Of a stretch of 64,000 nucleotides of DNA, positions 42,648-56,470 are shown piece after piece. The DNA comes from Octopus sinensis (taxonomy: Eukaryota): positions 73,904,001 through 73,968,000 of the forward strand of contig NC_043003.1 of NCBI RefSeq assembly GCF_006345805.1. Direction: 5' to 3'. The translations under genes and the position numbers were made by a program. Numbering within the stretch: position 1 is the stretch's first letter; the number at the start of each line of letters is the position of its first letter. The notes beneath the pieces were generated by a model, which was not told the DNA's origin, did not search any database, and saw nothing but the letters and a program-made list of their open reading frames with translations.

Positions 42648-43050
42648 TTATGACGCTTGCTGAGGCTCTGAATGCAAATATAACTTCCGAGAATACATTT
42701 TAAACAAGTTTTCAGTTAAACTGCTTTCTATTATCTCGTTGGCGAATCGGAAATATTCACCATATCTTGCTCTAGAATCTTCATAGCTCGTGCCTTTACT
42801 TATACTCTGCTGCATTGTATAAATCAGCGTCATTCCACGACAAATTATGACTATATCTATGCTTGACACAAGGAAGGAAGAGATTCTCTGACCTGCTTGT
42901 CTGCATTCTATGATAGAAATTCTAATCTGGTTGGGACACGTACACAGGTTGGACAGTAGCACACTACTCAGAAAATACCTTTGCTCCAAGATATGCAAGG
43001 GAAATTGACACCATATAATATTTTTCACCGACATTCAAAGATACTGCAAA
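42648..43050 (-). mobile_element. Possible highly degenerate PLE thumb/GIY-YIG fragment
   Basis: KNIIWCQFP resembles RNIIWFNPP, and KGTSYEDSRARYGEY resembles YIGxTxxFKxRY. Weak similarity. Confidence 0.4.
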
Positions 43051-43304
43051 ACATATATGAAGTGTAAAGGAATTGAATATAATAGACGGCAACTTTAAAC
43101 GAGAAAATGAAGGTTATCAAATCATACTAAAGCCAAGAACAGATATAATCGCAAAGAGTTGTCGCTTAAATAATAGATTCAATCTTCAACTGTTTCAATA
43201 AGTCTTAGATTTGCGATTTAAGAAAACAAGAAAACCTACATTACAATATTAATACACATACACTCACATTCACACACTCAAACACATGCATACATAGATA
43301 AATA

Positions 43305-43392
43305 CATACACCCATACATACATACATACATACATACATACATACATACATACATACATACATACATACATACATACATACATACATACATA
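43305..43392. repeat. (TACA)n tetranucleotide repeat
   Basis: Direct inspection. Confidence 0.97.
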
Positions 43393-44546
43393 CGTAAATA
43401 CACGCACTGTTAATCTTAGTTGACAGATGTTTAGATGTTGTTTTCCTGTTATATGATATATTATTACGTTGAAAAGACATAACCGAAAAATAAATATGAC
43501 ATTTACCCTCAATAATGCTGAACATTATTAATGAGTCTTGCACGTAGGTATCATTCATTTTTCTGAGATGACCGGACACAAAAGTAATAATATTTTGATG
43601 AAGTGACAGACATTTGATATATCACATTAAAAAACGAAGCAAATCAACTGTCATTACTTTGGATATATTAGTATCTTGCCAAATATATTCTCTGTCTTAA
43701 GTAATGGCCAATTGTTAGTATGAGCTGGGATATATTTCATATAACCATACATGAACAGAAACATTCATATAGCAATTTAGCTGGTTTCTGTACAACTATT
43801 CTGTCGTGTCTATTGCTTTTTCATGAAGAATGATAGCTATCAATAGAAAACTTTCTGTATATTCTATTATATGTATGGATGCAAAGGAAATAATATGCGT
43901 TTGAAAATCTCATAGCAGCAGTGAAGCAGTCTCTTTTGTTATTTTGAAACAACAAACCGGATAATTTATGTTAGAAATATAAGAATTCTGTCGTTTTGTT
44001 TAAATATTATTGATCTCATAATGAGATGAGACAGTGTGTTTTGAAGTGTGTAGGTTCTTATTTTAAGCAAATTATTCCTGGTGCTAGTTGTAGATCAAGT
44101 GTTCACTCCATTCGTGTGAAAGAAAAAAACTTTTCAATGAGACGAGCAGCGTGATCAAACCATGAACCAAGTGGTTGTTAAGCATCCGGAGCACACAAAT
44201 AGACCCGTGCCATTTTTGCCGGAGATGCTGTAAGTGTAGAATACATAACAATACGACAAGTAAATTTTCGTCTACTCCTTATTGATGTGAATGTCAATTG
44301 CTGTGAAACAATTGAGAATCCACCTCCTACACACAAACACACACGCCCACGCAGACAGTAACTTCTCAAAGCAGGAGCCCATGTAACTCTGCTGTGCGCT
44401 AAATAGTACCGTAAATACGTTTCTAGTTATGTGGGCGACGCATTTTATGGAACAGATGACACCCAGGAAGACATATAGAGAGTTTGTCAATTAAACATAA
44501 GATTATTATTCGGGACAAAATTAAACACTTGCTTATTAATATATTT

Positions 44547-44620
<74 letters not shown>

Positions 44621-44790
44621 CTGCAAGGTCATGTGCTGTTTATCTTGATATGAGATCACCATGTCGCGCACATATGGTTGTGATGCATGTGCCTGGTGTA
44701 CCCTTATCAGACGGGTAGTCATGATGGGTATACTGGGCTTCGTATATTTTACCCCAGTGTCACTTCGATGGCATGCTCTGCTCGTCACTC
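44621..44790 (+). mobile_element. Truncated copy of the 36511-37052 element
   Basis: ctgcaaggtcatgtgctgttt...ggcatgctctgctcgtcactc matches about 36883-37052; flanked by AAT at 44545-44620 and 44791-44902. Confidence 0.9.
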
Positions 44791-44970
<180 letters not shown>

Positions 44971-45520
44971 AAAGGAGCAGTGGCAGTTTACTTGATGAGA
45001 GAGGTAAAGATGATCTAAAAGAGGACAATAAAACTAATGGCGACATGACAGATGAACAAAATGCAAGACTACAGGAGAACGATGGCGACATTATTTGCAA
45101 CGTTAAGTTGAACCTAGAAACGAAAAATGTCAATGCTATTCTGAAATACACAAGAACAATCAACATCACAGAAACAAATAATTTGATCAAGGCAGTTAGT
45201 ATTGCTGTAGAAGAAAAGATGGGTGTTGATGTCAAGAAAGAGAGAATATAATGGGATTGACAAAAGAAAATAACCGTGATGGAAATGTAGAATATAATCA
45301 GGGTTAGATATGCTCTCGAAGGAAATTTATATCTTAGACCTACAAGGGAAAGGAGCGCTTAAAGGCGAGCAAAAATACTGAGGGCTGAAAAGGAAGTATG
45401 ATATTGAAAGAGAGGGCCTGAAAGTGGTGATGGAGGAACTGAAACTGTGTCTCGTTGCAAAGAAAGCAAATATAGTAAGATACGACCAAAGAGTTACAAC
45501 CAGAATAGGTTATTCAGAGC
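44971..45520 (+). mobile_element. N-terminal fragment of a second R4/Dong-like LINE family
   Basis: TINITETNNLIKAVSIAV...P*WKCRI...LKRKYDIEREGLKVVMEELKLCLVAKKANIVRYDQR..QNRLF parallels PSWQERLQQQIK...ETIKQR...RYEKRVRFFKDNNMF at 33535-33790. Confidence 0.75.
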
Positions 45521-45594
45521 AGATATCAGGGCAAACCAGCTGGTTGAGACTCCAATTCTGCGGCTTGTTGTACAACAATTCAAAATACTTTGTT

Positions 45595-45629
45595 ATACAC
45601 ACACACGCACACACACACATACACACACG

Positions 45630-45673
<44 letters not shown>

Positions 45674-45678
45674 TATAC

Positions 45679-45766
<88 letters not shown>

Positions 45767-45770
45767 AACG
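45595..45770. repeat. (CA)n/(TA)n microsatellite
   Basis: Direct inspection. Confidence 0.95.
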
Positions 45771-46329
45771 TATATACTCACACAGAGAGAGGAAGACAAA
45801 CAGGAAGACAACAAACAAGGGGGAAGAGGTGGATATATTTGGATAGAATACTGTATCAAGATCTTTGCAGCAAATTTGGTTATGTTTGTTTCTCTCTTGT
45901 TCATACTGTTTTTTCTCAATGTTGTTCATGTTCTCCCTGTTGTTCAATAGTTCTCCCTGGAATTTGACTGCCTGTGATATGTGCTCCCTTATCGATTTAT
46001 TTAGTTTTTGATGATGCTACAACCCTGTCTTTTAATCAGTTAATTTGAAGTGGATCTTACGATGTAAATTTAAATCTTTTTTTTTTACTTAACATATTCC
46101 TGGACCACTGAAAATTTCCCATCATTCGGGGTATTTCTTTTTGGTTGCGCAGCAGTGGTGGAGATATATGGGAATGAGTTTAACTCACCACTGTATTAAA
46201 ATAATATAAAAATATGAGTTCAGTAAAAAACATAATTTCATTGAATATAATTATACCATCGGTTGAATAGATTATAGGCAGATTATGCACTATCGGGAAA
46301 AGGTTTTAAAGTTAAAACATTAAATTCGT

Positions 46330-47110
46330 TATAAGTTCACTATTTTAGCAATGATAGCCGTAACTACATAACGAAATTCCTATACAATGTACAGCGATCC
46401 GGTATGGTCAAACTACATCTGGCAATAATTGCAAAATAAGGTTGCAATAAAACAAATTTAGGTTGTGAATTCATAAAACTGGTTTCTAAACATTGTGAAA
46501 CTAGTCATATTTTCTGTATTACACTGAATGTTAACTATCTTGTTGCAAAAACGTCACCACTGTTATTAATCAGCATAACACAACAATCATTACAAGCAAC
46601 CATAGTGCCGAATGTAACCAGAAGAACTAACATTACAAAGCTAAGGCTTGCTGTCCTTTAGAAGGAAAATGTCTTGAAAAAGGAATAGTTTATGCAGCTA
46701 AATTACAAACAGATGACTCACAAGAATATAAGACATACACTTCGGAAGATTCATTCAAGACTAGGTTTTATTCCCATTAATATTCTTTCCGATAACCCGA
46801 GAATTGTTACAAGTCTTGCAAAACATGTCTGGCAACTGAAGGAAAATAACCTCCGTTCTTTCATCACCAGTTGAACAATTTTGGAAAAAAGCAGCTAAGT
46901 ATAAACATGGATCATATAGAAGGCCAAATGCAGACTTTGCCTCTCAGAAAATGACTTAATCCTGCTCGGGGATACACAAGCACTGAACAAAGGACGTGAA
47001 GTTGTAAATACCTGCAGGCACGCTACGAGGTTTAAACTGTAAACTGAAAAATATCTTACGGATAAGAATCTTTGACTTTCGAATATTTGTTTTGACTTTC
47101 GCATTTAAAT
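46330..47110 (+). mobile_element. PLE thumb + GIY-YIG fragment
   Basis: NLGCEFIKLVSKH, CPLEGKCLEKGIVYAAK, SFKTRFYSH, TSLAKHVWQLKENN, KCRLCLSE. Confidence 0.8.
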
Positions 47111-47449
47111 TTGGCGTTTCCACCAAAAATATCTTTTTGTATTACAATGCTGGTATATATTCCGTCTTCATATATTACATTCGACTTTTAAGAAAGCCTC
47201 CGACTGTTTTACAAGTTTAAATTAAAATGTTCCCGAGGTTAAATTTTTACTTATATTTCATATTTAATATTTAAATTATTATTTCAAATTTTTATATGCT
47301 TCTTAGAAATTTATATATTTATATTAAATTCAATTATATTATTTTATTGTACAACCATTTTAGTTTGATATTCTATACATCAGACTGTTTTTTAACATAT
47401 TTGTATGCGTATATACGTTGTCGTGTATATATGTACGTTGATGTGAATG

Positions 47450-47484
47450 TATATATATATATATATATATACATACATACATAC

Positions 47485-47566
<82 letters not shown>
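47450..47566. repeat. (TA)n microsatellite
   Basis: Direct inspection. Confidence 0.97.
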
Positions 47567-47571
<5 letters not shown>

Positions 47572-48476
47572 TTTTTTTCTCTGTATATATGTATGCGTGT
47601 CCACATGTGAGTTACTCCTGCATTATGTATTTATGCAGATGTGCGTGTGTTTGCAAGCTTACTTTTTAGGCACTCCAATTTCAATCTCATTTAACTCTCT
47701 CTTCTTCTCCATCTCCATTTCTCCTTCTCTTTCTAATTTTTGTTTTCTCTTCCTTTTTCCTTTCTCCCTTGACTTATTACTCTCTGAATTTCTTATTGCT
47801 TTCTTTCTCTCGCTTGTGAAACCGAGGTTGTATATTTGAAACACACGCGGAAAAATATTATGTGCGTATACATATGTATTTTTATATGTATATTATATAT
47901 TTATATTTTGCGTGTATTTGTTTGTATATGTATGTAGGTCCGTGCCATCGTTTGTATGTTTAGTGTACATGTGTATATATAGGATTTTGGTAGACGTGTG
48001 TGTTACCAAATCTATATGAATTTTTATGATGTTAGTTCTTTGTAAATGACTGTATTTTAAACGGACATTTATCTTAATTTATTTTTTATCTTCTACTAAA
48101 TTTAATTTTTGATTTAAGATTTTCTTAGATTTTTATAATAATACTCTTTGAAATCGTAATTATAATTTCATATAAGCATTTATTGAAAAACCGTTAGTTT
48201 GAAAGACCAATGAAACAAAACCATTTTAAAATGCGTATCAAACAAATAATTGTTTATTTATGAATATAACAATATTTTGTCCCATTCCCAAGCAAAATTG
48301 TGCGACGAACGGGAACGCGAACGTCTAATAAAAACAGCTTTTGTGATGTCTGTGCAGCTTTATTAATAAGGTATTATACTCTACCTCCTGTATTCTTTTT
48401 TTTAGATCTTATGCACTTACTCTGGTGTATACATATGTATATATATACATTCCATGCGAAACAACCTAATATATCT

Positions 48477-48576
<100 letters not shown>

Positions 48577-48607
48577 TATATATTTACACATATATACATA
48601 AGATATA

Positions 48608-49798
48608 TTAGGTCGTTTCGCATGGAATGTCGTATTTAAATGTTTCGGAAGTGACAGGGAACTGATTTATTTAACCAAAATAAGAGCCATGTTCATTTAT
48701 AACGCTTACCTAACGTATCTCTGTGTTGTATATTCATTCTGTAAAAATAATTTCTTTTTGCTATGATAAACTTTCCGAATGCTTGAATCATCTCTTCAAG
48801 AATGTGTTATTGATTTTGAAGTGCTCAAAATGCGTAAATTAGCGATGATCAGTAGGAAAAGTCTCAGGGGAATAGGGAGGATGTTGCAAAATCGCATAAT
48901 ACAGGCTTTGCAACATTTGGACCGTAGCTTGAGGTGCGTGAGTACGTGCATTGTCGTTGAGCAAAATTTGGCCATCTCTATTCTGGATTGCTTTTTTTCC
49001 AAATTCTCATGCATACAATCAATTTTCTTGCAATACAATGTTGCTCTTACTATTTTTCCTTGTTGCATAAATGAACAATCAATAACTCCCATCGCAGACA
49101 GCCGTACAGTAACCACTAACTTTTTAGGATATAATTGTTGGTTTGGGGAGTGTTTGGATGAATCTCCTGCATCTAGTCACTGTCCTATTCTGCTGATGTC
49201 AAAGAGTATCAATTTCTCTTCACAAGTATTGGTTTGATGCAAAAGTTGTCTTTTTCCAGTAGAGAATACAATAAGGAGCACGTTTCGTGGTGTCTCTTGC
49301 TTTGAATCTCGTTCAGTTCATGTGGAACAAACCTAGCCGGTTTTTTAAATCTTCCGACCTTTTACAGGTGTCCAAAATAAACGAGATTTTTTGAGTTCTG
49401 ATGTAAATTTCTGAACCTTTGTTCTCGGATTTTGTTTAACCACAGCATTTAATCCACCATGCCGAATAACTGCTTTTGGCTAACCCCTTTTTTTTATTTT
49501 CAAGGCGATATATCTCTTGAAGATTTGGAACCATCTCTGATGTCAACAAAACGATTACCAAAGACCCGCTTAATATTCAGTAGAGCTCCTGCGGCAGAGT
49601 GACCCAGTTTGTACACATACGAGAAAATCACTCAACATAGTTTGCTTGTTATCATTTTGATAAGGTTTGTGGGCACAAATTTTGTGTTTGTTACGAAAGA
49701 AAAAGACTCAAGACTAAATGCAAGTTATACATCATTGGATTTTTAAATGACTGAAATAACATGAAATTAAAAATAGCAACATATGTGAAACAACATAT

Positions 49799-49800
<2 letters not shown>
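48608..49800 (-). mobile_element. Degenerate mariner DNA transposon with both TIRs
   Basis: Minus: MVTVRLSAMGVIDCSF...YCKKIDCMHENL and HPPYSPET (decayed YSPDL). End ttaggtcgtttcgcatggaatgtcg at 48608; a diverged inverse end at 49769-49800; TA runs on both sides; length about 1.2 kb. Confidence 0.8.
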
Positions 49801-49834
<34 letters not shown>

Positions 49835-50399
49835 TATTATAGTTCGCTTGGAGCATTATCTATTGTTTGTAGAATATAACGTGTCTTGAATTGCACAACA
49901 AGGCAGAGTGGACTATAATAATATTTATGATTTAATTATCCATATTCTGAGATAATGATAATATTTCAGAATGCAAAAAAATCCTTCTTCAGATATCACT
50001 AAGAATTGATCGAGGCACTGCTATAATCGGTAAAATCCAGAGATCGAGGTGGGGGTAGAAAGTTAGCTTCAAGCATAAAAAAAACCAACTTTCAGAGACA
50101 GTGGGGGTTTATTGACACGGAAGATTGTGCTTTTTCATATGAAAGCACAATAAATTGAAAACTGTTCTTTTTCTATTTCCTGGTTGGCGAACAAGGTTGA
50201 CAGGCTTTTCATAGCGAGCGGAACCTCAGAAGTGGTGAATATCCAAGTGAGATGTACACCACAGGAGACTCTTCAGGCCGAGGAGATTTTGATTAAATGA
50301 AAAGTTACATTGTCATAGGGAGGTACATGCTGATGCCTGGAAATTTCAATCAGAATATAACCATATGTGAATCTTTGAGGGTTTTTTTTTTACCCCCGT

Positions 50400-50540
50400 C
50401 TTCCGTTTCTATTGGACGTTCCCCTGTTTCTGAAGAAGACCTTTGCTAAAAACGTAAGCCATTTTTCTTTCCTTCCCTGAGCGTCTGATAATACGTTACA
50501 TGTACCACGTCCTCGCGTTGTTGTTTTATTGTGTTACTTC
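50400..50540 (+). mobile_element. PLE-type terminal repeat fragment with decayed hammerhead
   Basis: CTGAAGA-agacctttgct-AAAAACGTA at about 50428-50456 has the CUGANGA...GAAACGU layout with substitutions. Confidence 0.5.
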
Positions 50541-50744
50541 TTCGTTTTTTTTATTTACTATATATATATATACAAAGTATAGGGGTTTAGTTCACAGGTG
50601 ATCTAAACGATCAGGTACACTAGGATTACTAGGGCTCCAATGTTATAGTCGAGACGCTAGTTATGGAACCATTGCAGATTTCCCATGCAGCGGATATATG
50701 ATTGTTAAACAGGACAACAAATATTAAAACAAGGCAAATATCTC

Positions 50745-52400
50745 AAGCCGTTTACAATATTATTATTGGAAAAATTCTAAATCTTACAGCTGTTTCTGGG
50801 ATATCTCCGAGTATAGGATATTCCGCCGCCAGAGACAGATGGGGAAAATATAGGGAAAATGAGAATGGTATATATCATTGAGATAACGACACAAAGGAAG
50901 GGAGTAAAATAATGAGATCGACTGAAAGAAGAAAAAAGAAGCATAAGAGTTCATAGTTCTACTTTCCAAAGTTATAGAAACAAGAACATGAGTCCTTAGG
51001 TGCAATTCTACATAGATCCATGAGCGTAAGTCCTTAGGTACCTATCCTGCGTAGATCCATGTGGGTTAAGATCCTGACATAATAGGCATCTCAAGAAAAA
51101 TCTCTTGTTGCTACTACATTGGATCTAGCACCATTAAAAAAATGTTATGCACATTTAAACTCCTTTAAATATAAGGAAATAGCCATTCAACATCAGTAGC
51201 CAGCCACGTAAACCATCAAATTAATAGAAATATGTAGTATAAACTTTCGTCGGTTATAATAGATTCGGGTACGCCATATCAGGACCAGCACTCCTGTTGA
51301 GGACTTTGCTTAAAGGACGCTCTCAAAATCCTAACCCACATCTCATCACATTTCCTTAATAAAAACAACAAAACCTTCAGTACGCGTAAACACAAATTCT
51401 TCCGAACTTTAAAAATTTTTCATAAATGTAAATGTAAGCTCATCCCCCCACAAATAGCACCCACGTACAAACCCCTATGGCCATTAACACATACCCCTAC
51501 TATATCTCTATAACTCTTATTTCTACGTTATGTCTTACCGCTCTTCTATCTACCTTACATCTTCACACTATGAGATAAATACTAATTCTTTAATTTATCC
51601 TTAATTTATTTCTAAACCGTAACTCAATAAATTCCCTAATATAAATGCCCTAACTCCAATACCCACTCATAAATAATTTGACATTCAACTAACCCTTCCA
51701 TTCTCGACTACCGACATACCCATTACCCTATTGCTAAAAATAACTCTACACCCACTGACCTTAGCCAGAACGGACGAAAGCAGTTACCTTTAAATTTCCT
51801 CCCCAGAAACTTTAGACATTACGATTACCACAGATATATAATACTCTCTCTAAATTCCTTTCATTTTGCTCTATTTTTTACCCTATCTTTCTCATTGTCT
51901 CTCTTGTCTTCTCAGCTACCCTGTAGACAATCCTGAGACACCTTACTTTATCCTATAGCCAATCCTTCAAATCACCCCTCTTTCTACCTACCTCTCCTTC
52001 GACTTCTTTTCTTTCCTTTTATGACTTAATAGCCATCTCCGCTAAAATTATGTTATTGAACGCTGATATGACCGCGTCTTTTATATTGGGATGTATACTA
52101 TGTGAGGATCTTAACCACATGGATCTACGCAGGATTGCACCTAAGGACTCATACTATGAATTCTATAACTTCGGAAATGTGAACTATGAACATTTATGCT
52201 TCACTTTTCTTCTTTCTTTCCATCTCCTTATTCTTTTTTTTCCTTCCTCTATATCGTCATCTTATTAATATATACTATACTCAGTTCCTTATTTCCCATA
52301 TTTATCTTGATGAAGGAATATCCCATGCTCGGGAATATCACAGAAAGTGTTGTAAGATTTAGAATTTTTCCAGTTATATTGTATACGACTTGAGATTTTT
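50745..52400 (+). mobile_element. 5'-truncated PLE (GIY-YIG only) between inverted pseudo-LTRs
   Basis: Arms at about 50745-51085 and 52085-52400 are reverse complements (ggaaaaattctaaatcttac / gtaagatttagaatttttcc). The interior encodes YYIGSS...PYQDQHSC*GLCLKDALKIL...FLNK...KHKF. Confidence 0.8.
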
Positions 52401-52459
52401 GCCTTTCCTTAATGTTTGCTGTTTTGTTTAAAAATTATATATATATATATATATATAAT

Positions 52460-52531
<72 letters not shown>

Positions 52532-52535
<4 letters not shown>

Positions 52536-52797
52536 ACTTATAAACAAGGGCAAAAGAAAAAAATCCCAATGTCATATAGGCCGAAAATAGACTTAAATCG
52601 TCAATAAAGAAGTTTCTTTATGAATTAACTCAGAAATCGGGGCCGATTCGGTAATAACTGAATTTTTAAAGACATTTCTGTCGGCTTGCTTCGAGACGCG
52701 TGCTTACAGCGCTGAATTACGTTGTTATTGACGATTTAAGTCCATTTCGGCATATTTGGCATTGGAATTTTTTCTTTTGCCCTTGTTTATAAGTTGT
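52532..52797. mobile_element. MITE-like element with about 75-bp TIRs
   Basis: acaacttataaacaagggcaaaagaaaaaaat...cttaaatcgtcaataa versus ttattgacgatttaag...ttttcttttgcccttgtttataagttgt; inserted at the end of a (TA)n run. Confidence 0.8.
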
Positions 52798-52893
52798 TTA
52801 TCAATTTAGCCTTTAAAGGAATTTCTTAAAATGCTGGATACTGATAATATTGTTTTCGAAAATTTAATCCTATATTATATGTATATATATATA

Positions 52894-53290
52894 GGCGCAG
52901 GAGTGGCTGTGTGGTAAGTAGCTTGCTTACCAACCACATGGTTCTGGGTTCAATCCCACTGCGTGGCACCTTCGGCAAGTGTCTTCTGCTATAGCCCCGG
53001 GCCGACCAATGCCTTATGAGTGAATTTGGTAGACGGAAACTGAAAGAAGACTGTCGTATATATGTATATAAATATATGTATGTGTGTAAATGTTTGTGTG
53101 TCTGTGATTGTCCCCCTAGCATTGCTTGACAACCGATGCTGGTGTGTTTACGTCCCCGTCATTTAGTGGTTCGGCAAAAGAGACCGATAGAATAAGTACC
53201 GCGGTCGAGTTGCTCGACTAAAGGTGGTGCTGCAGCATGGCCGCAATCAAATGACTGAAACAAGTAAAAGAGTAAAAGAGCAAAGAGTAT
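52894..53290 (+). mobile_element. SINE family A, full length
   Basis: ggcgcaggagtggctgtgtggtaag...gggttcaatccc (A/B-box-like), central region, TA/TG tract, agtaaaag tail repeats. Confidence 0.95.
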
Positions 53291-53373
53291 ATATATATAT
53301 ATATTCATTATATATATGTATATATACATATATATATATTATATAAATATATTTATTTATATATATACATATT

Positions 53374-53451
<78 letters not shown>

Positions 53452-53590
53452 TACATACATACACACACACACATATATATATATATGTATGTACATATAC
53501 ACACATATGTACATATGTGTATGTATATATATTTATACATACATATATATACATATATGTATATGTATATACGTATGTATGTATATTTGT
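53290..53590. repeat. (TA)n/(CA)n microsatellite
   Basis: Direct inspection. Confidence 0.95.
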
Positions 53591-54190
53591 ATACACCCAG
53601 AATCACACTAATAGCTTAGGAATGAGATTTATGATTTTTCGGGTTTCTGAGAACATATTTCGTCAAAACTTTTCCCAGCAGGTTTGCACACTATGGCAAC
53701 ATCATTGTTATGTGTTTCTAGTCTGTTTAACGTCCTTTCATTTCATTTCAGCTCCTTCAATTTTTGAGTGAAGTATGCTAATATCGTCTCTCCTCTCTAA
53801 GTACAATGTGAAGTGGAAAAGATCTTAACGATGAAGAATATCTTTCATCATCAAAGAAAGAGTCAAAGGCATCTCTATTCATGACATTGCGGTGAATTTA
53901 TATCGTGATGTGGACAGAGTTACACAGTTCGTTAAGCACCCTTCGCTAAGAAAGAAATGACCCAATTGTGGGATCTCCAAGATTTTGACAGTTAGGGATT
54001 TAAGGAATATTGGCCGCAAGTTACGTGCGAAACCTGGACAAAGACGCAAAGCTATCTTTACCACCTCTAGACTTCCTTATGTACCAAAAATTATCAGAAA
54101 TCGCATCCTCGAGACCATGGCTTCCGTGCGTGAACCCCTGAAACTGCCTCCTCTAACTCAAGTCACAAAAGTTTAAGGATTCAATGGGCC
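53590..54190 (+). mobile_element. Tc1-like transposon 5' fragment (HTH region)
   Basis: LTVRDLRNIGRKLRAKPG...AIF...LPYVPKIIRNRILETMASV..P.KLPPLT resembles the Tc1-type N-terminal DNA-binding region; no DDE domain is present. Confidence 0.7.
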
Positions 54191-54279
54191 CAAAAATGCT
54201 AACGTTTATGCCAGCTCACTGCCTTCGGGTGGAATATAATACTGACATTTCAAAGGTCTGAATTTGTAATTAAAGGAAG

Positions 54280-55030
54280 ATATACACCGCATGTTTCTTT
54301 CATTTGTGTTTCAACAATCTTGCTATCTATTATTCGTGATTTTGTGCTTGTGGCGAAATAAGTGTTTGAAGAAACTGACTCGTGCAGAAGGTTTATTAAG
54401 TAGAAGTGTAGGAGGTATGAACGGATTATTTCTTAGGTGGAAAAGTATAGCAAGTTGAAGAGATTAGAGCTATCTCTGTAACATACAATTATTTCTTAAT
54501 CCTAGCTTCAGTCAGTAACATATACCTATATGTAGAGAACAATGCAATATCGGAGATGTGTTAAAATTATTTAGCTAAAGCATGTCAACACATGATTGTA
54601 ATTAACAACTATTTAGAATTTTAAAAAATAGTATCATATTCCAAAGTGTGTCTCAACATTAGTCTTTTGTTTTGTCTTGTAGATGTATACTCGGCTTTGT
54701 CATATAAACTCAAAACTAATAGCGTATGTCACTTGCTGTTTTGAATACTTGTTTTTATCAACTACATTAATTCCTGGCAAAACCATAATATTTTGGTTTG
54801 CAACCATAATTTAGTGCGATCTCTATAACAGATTTTCACTGCACTATTCTGTTAGCAATGCGATATTTTCAATTTTAAATTCATCACTATAAATCTCAGA
54901 TAGTATTCAAAGCCCGTGCTACTAGTTACATATATATTTATTTAAAAACTTCGATCGACGATAGAAAATATAGGTATGTGTTATGCCTATTTCAGGGGCC
55001 ATTGCCCCTTCATCAGCATATCACCTAACG
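54280..55030 (-). mobile_element. Degenerate PLE remnant with upstream hammerhead-like motif
   Basis: Minus: KILWF (about 54790), LYVTEI-like segment, LLNKPS...RHKHK (about 54340-54400); CTGATGA...GAAA motif at about 54972-55028 on the same strand. Confidence 0.55.
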
Positions 55031-56099
55031 CAGCAACTAGCCACGAACGTATAATTGTATACCCACGAGGTTTTGCGATGTATCAAACTTGGATAGACCA
55101 ATTTGAATATAAAATGAATTCCTGACAAATGGAACGGATATCTAATTGCTGGCAAGGTTACAGCATTTTTATTTGAAACTATAATGTACTAGTAACTGTA
55201 TTACAGTCAATATTCATGTATGCAGTGTGTTACCAGTGCAGAAGTTTCACTTTCAAGTATATCTCTATAAGTATTATATAGTATTCAGAGCCAGCACTGC
55301 AAGTTACAATATTTCACAGATTCGTCCATGGAAATAATGTAAATGAGATAGGAAATATAGGCAAAGGATATGTTTATGCAATGTATGATTTTGGAAGAGA
55401 CTGATGAAACATACATGAGAAAATATGCATTGCGGTAAAAAAAAAATATCAAACAGTATAAGAGCGTACAATGTTGAGGAATCATGAAATGGTAGTTATA
55501 GTTGAATGAAATCGTCTTTTTCATATAATTTCTTTATATTCGTAAAGAAATGTCATTAACAATATTATATCATGCAGCTATACTGCAATTTCTAAGTGGG
55601 CTGTTAGCGACTACCTGCCAAAGCGTAAATTTAGTTAGAAACAAATGTGAAGTTCTGTATGTCTCTGCTATGGAAAGCATGGTTTTCTATAAATTAAATA
55701 GGCAAACATCAATTTGTTATGGTTTCTTCCATTTAGAATATCTCGGGATATGCTCATTTGTGGTAGAGTTATGAATGTTGCATTCTATTGTATGCGATAC
55801 TAAGCACATTTTGTATGCTATTAAGTATTTCAACCCATAAACTGAATGTAAATATAATTGTTAAAGCATTATGCGTTGCAATAGATATGTACTACATAAT
55901 AACATACACCAGCTTAATCGTTTTAAGATACTTGCTAACACGCATACTGTGTATCGTAATTGATATTTCAAATAAATTCAGCATATTTTACAAGCAAGCG
56001 TTAAGCCGAAAGTGTGGACAAAATGGGCATATCATTTTTACTAATTAAGACTGGGCGTTAAAACTGCATATTTTGTTGAAAATCTCTATCCGTGTAATA

Positions 56100-56470
56100 A
56101 TTCTTTTTTCTGTGTATCATTGCATATAAATGATGTGCTCCAAGCAGGAGCAAAATTCCGTTAGTGTGTTATTGACAAAAGCTGGTTGAACTCTGTCCAA
56201 CGCTCACAAAAACTACAAATTGTTCTCGGCAATGATACCATTCATATAGCGAATGTACACAGGCTCATAAAGGCGTCTGAAGATGGGAAACCAGCATTGA
56301 GTATATACCACGTAACGGGAGTCAATCAACTAATAACACAAACACAAATTACCAGTAAGTGCACGAAGTTGTTTCTGCAGGCACTCATAACGCGTGAGCT
56401 TAATGCACAACTTGATCGTGGTCACAATGCTATATAAAAGAGTGAAATGATTTTGTCAGCAAGAAGAGTT
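56100..56470 (+). mobile_element. Mariner transposase N-terminal fragment
   Basis: EQNSV...LQIVLGNDTIHIANVHRLIKASEDGK...TRELNAQL resembles the mariner HTH region. Confidence 0.5.
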
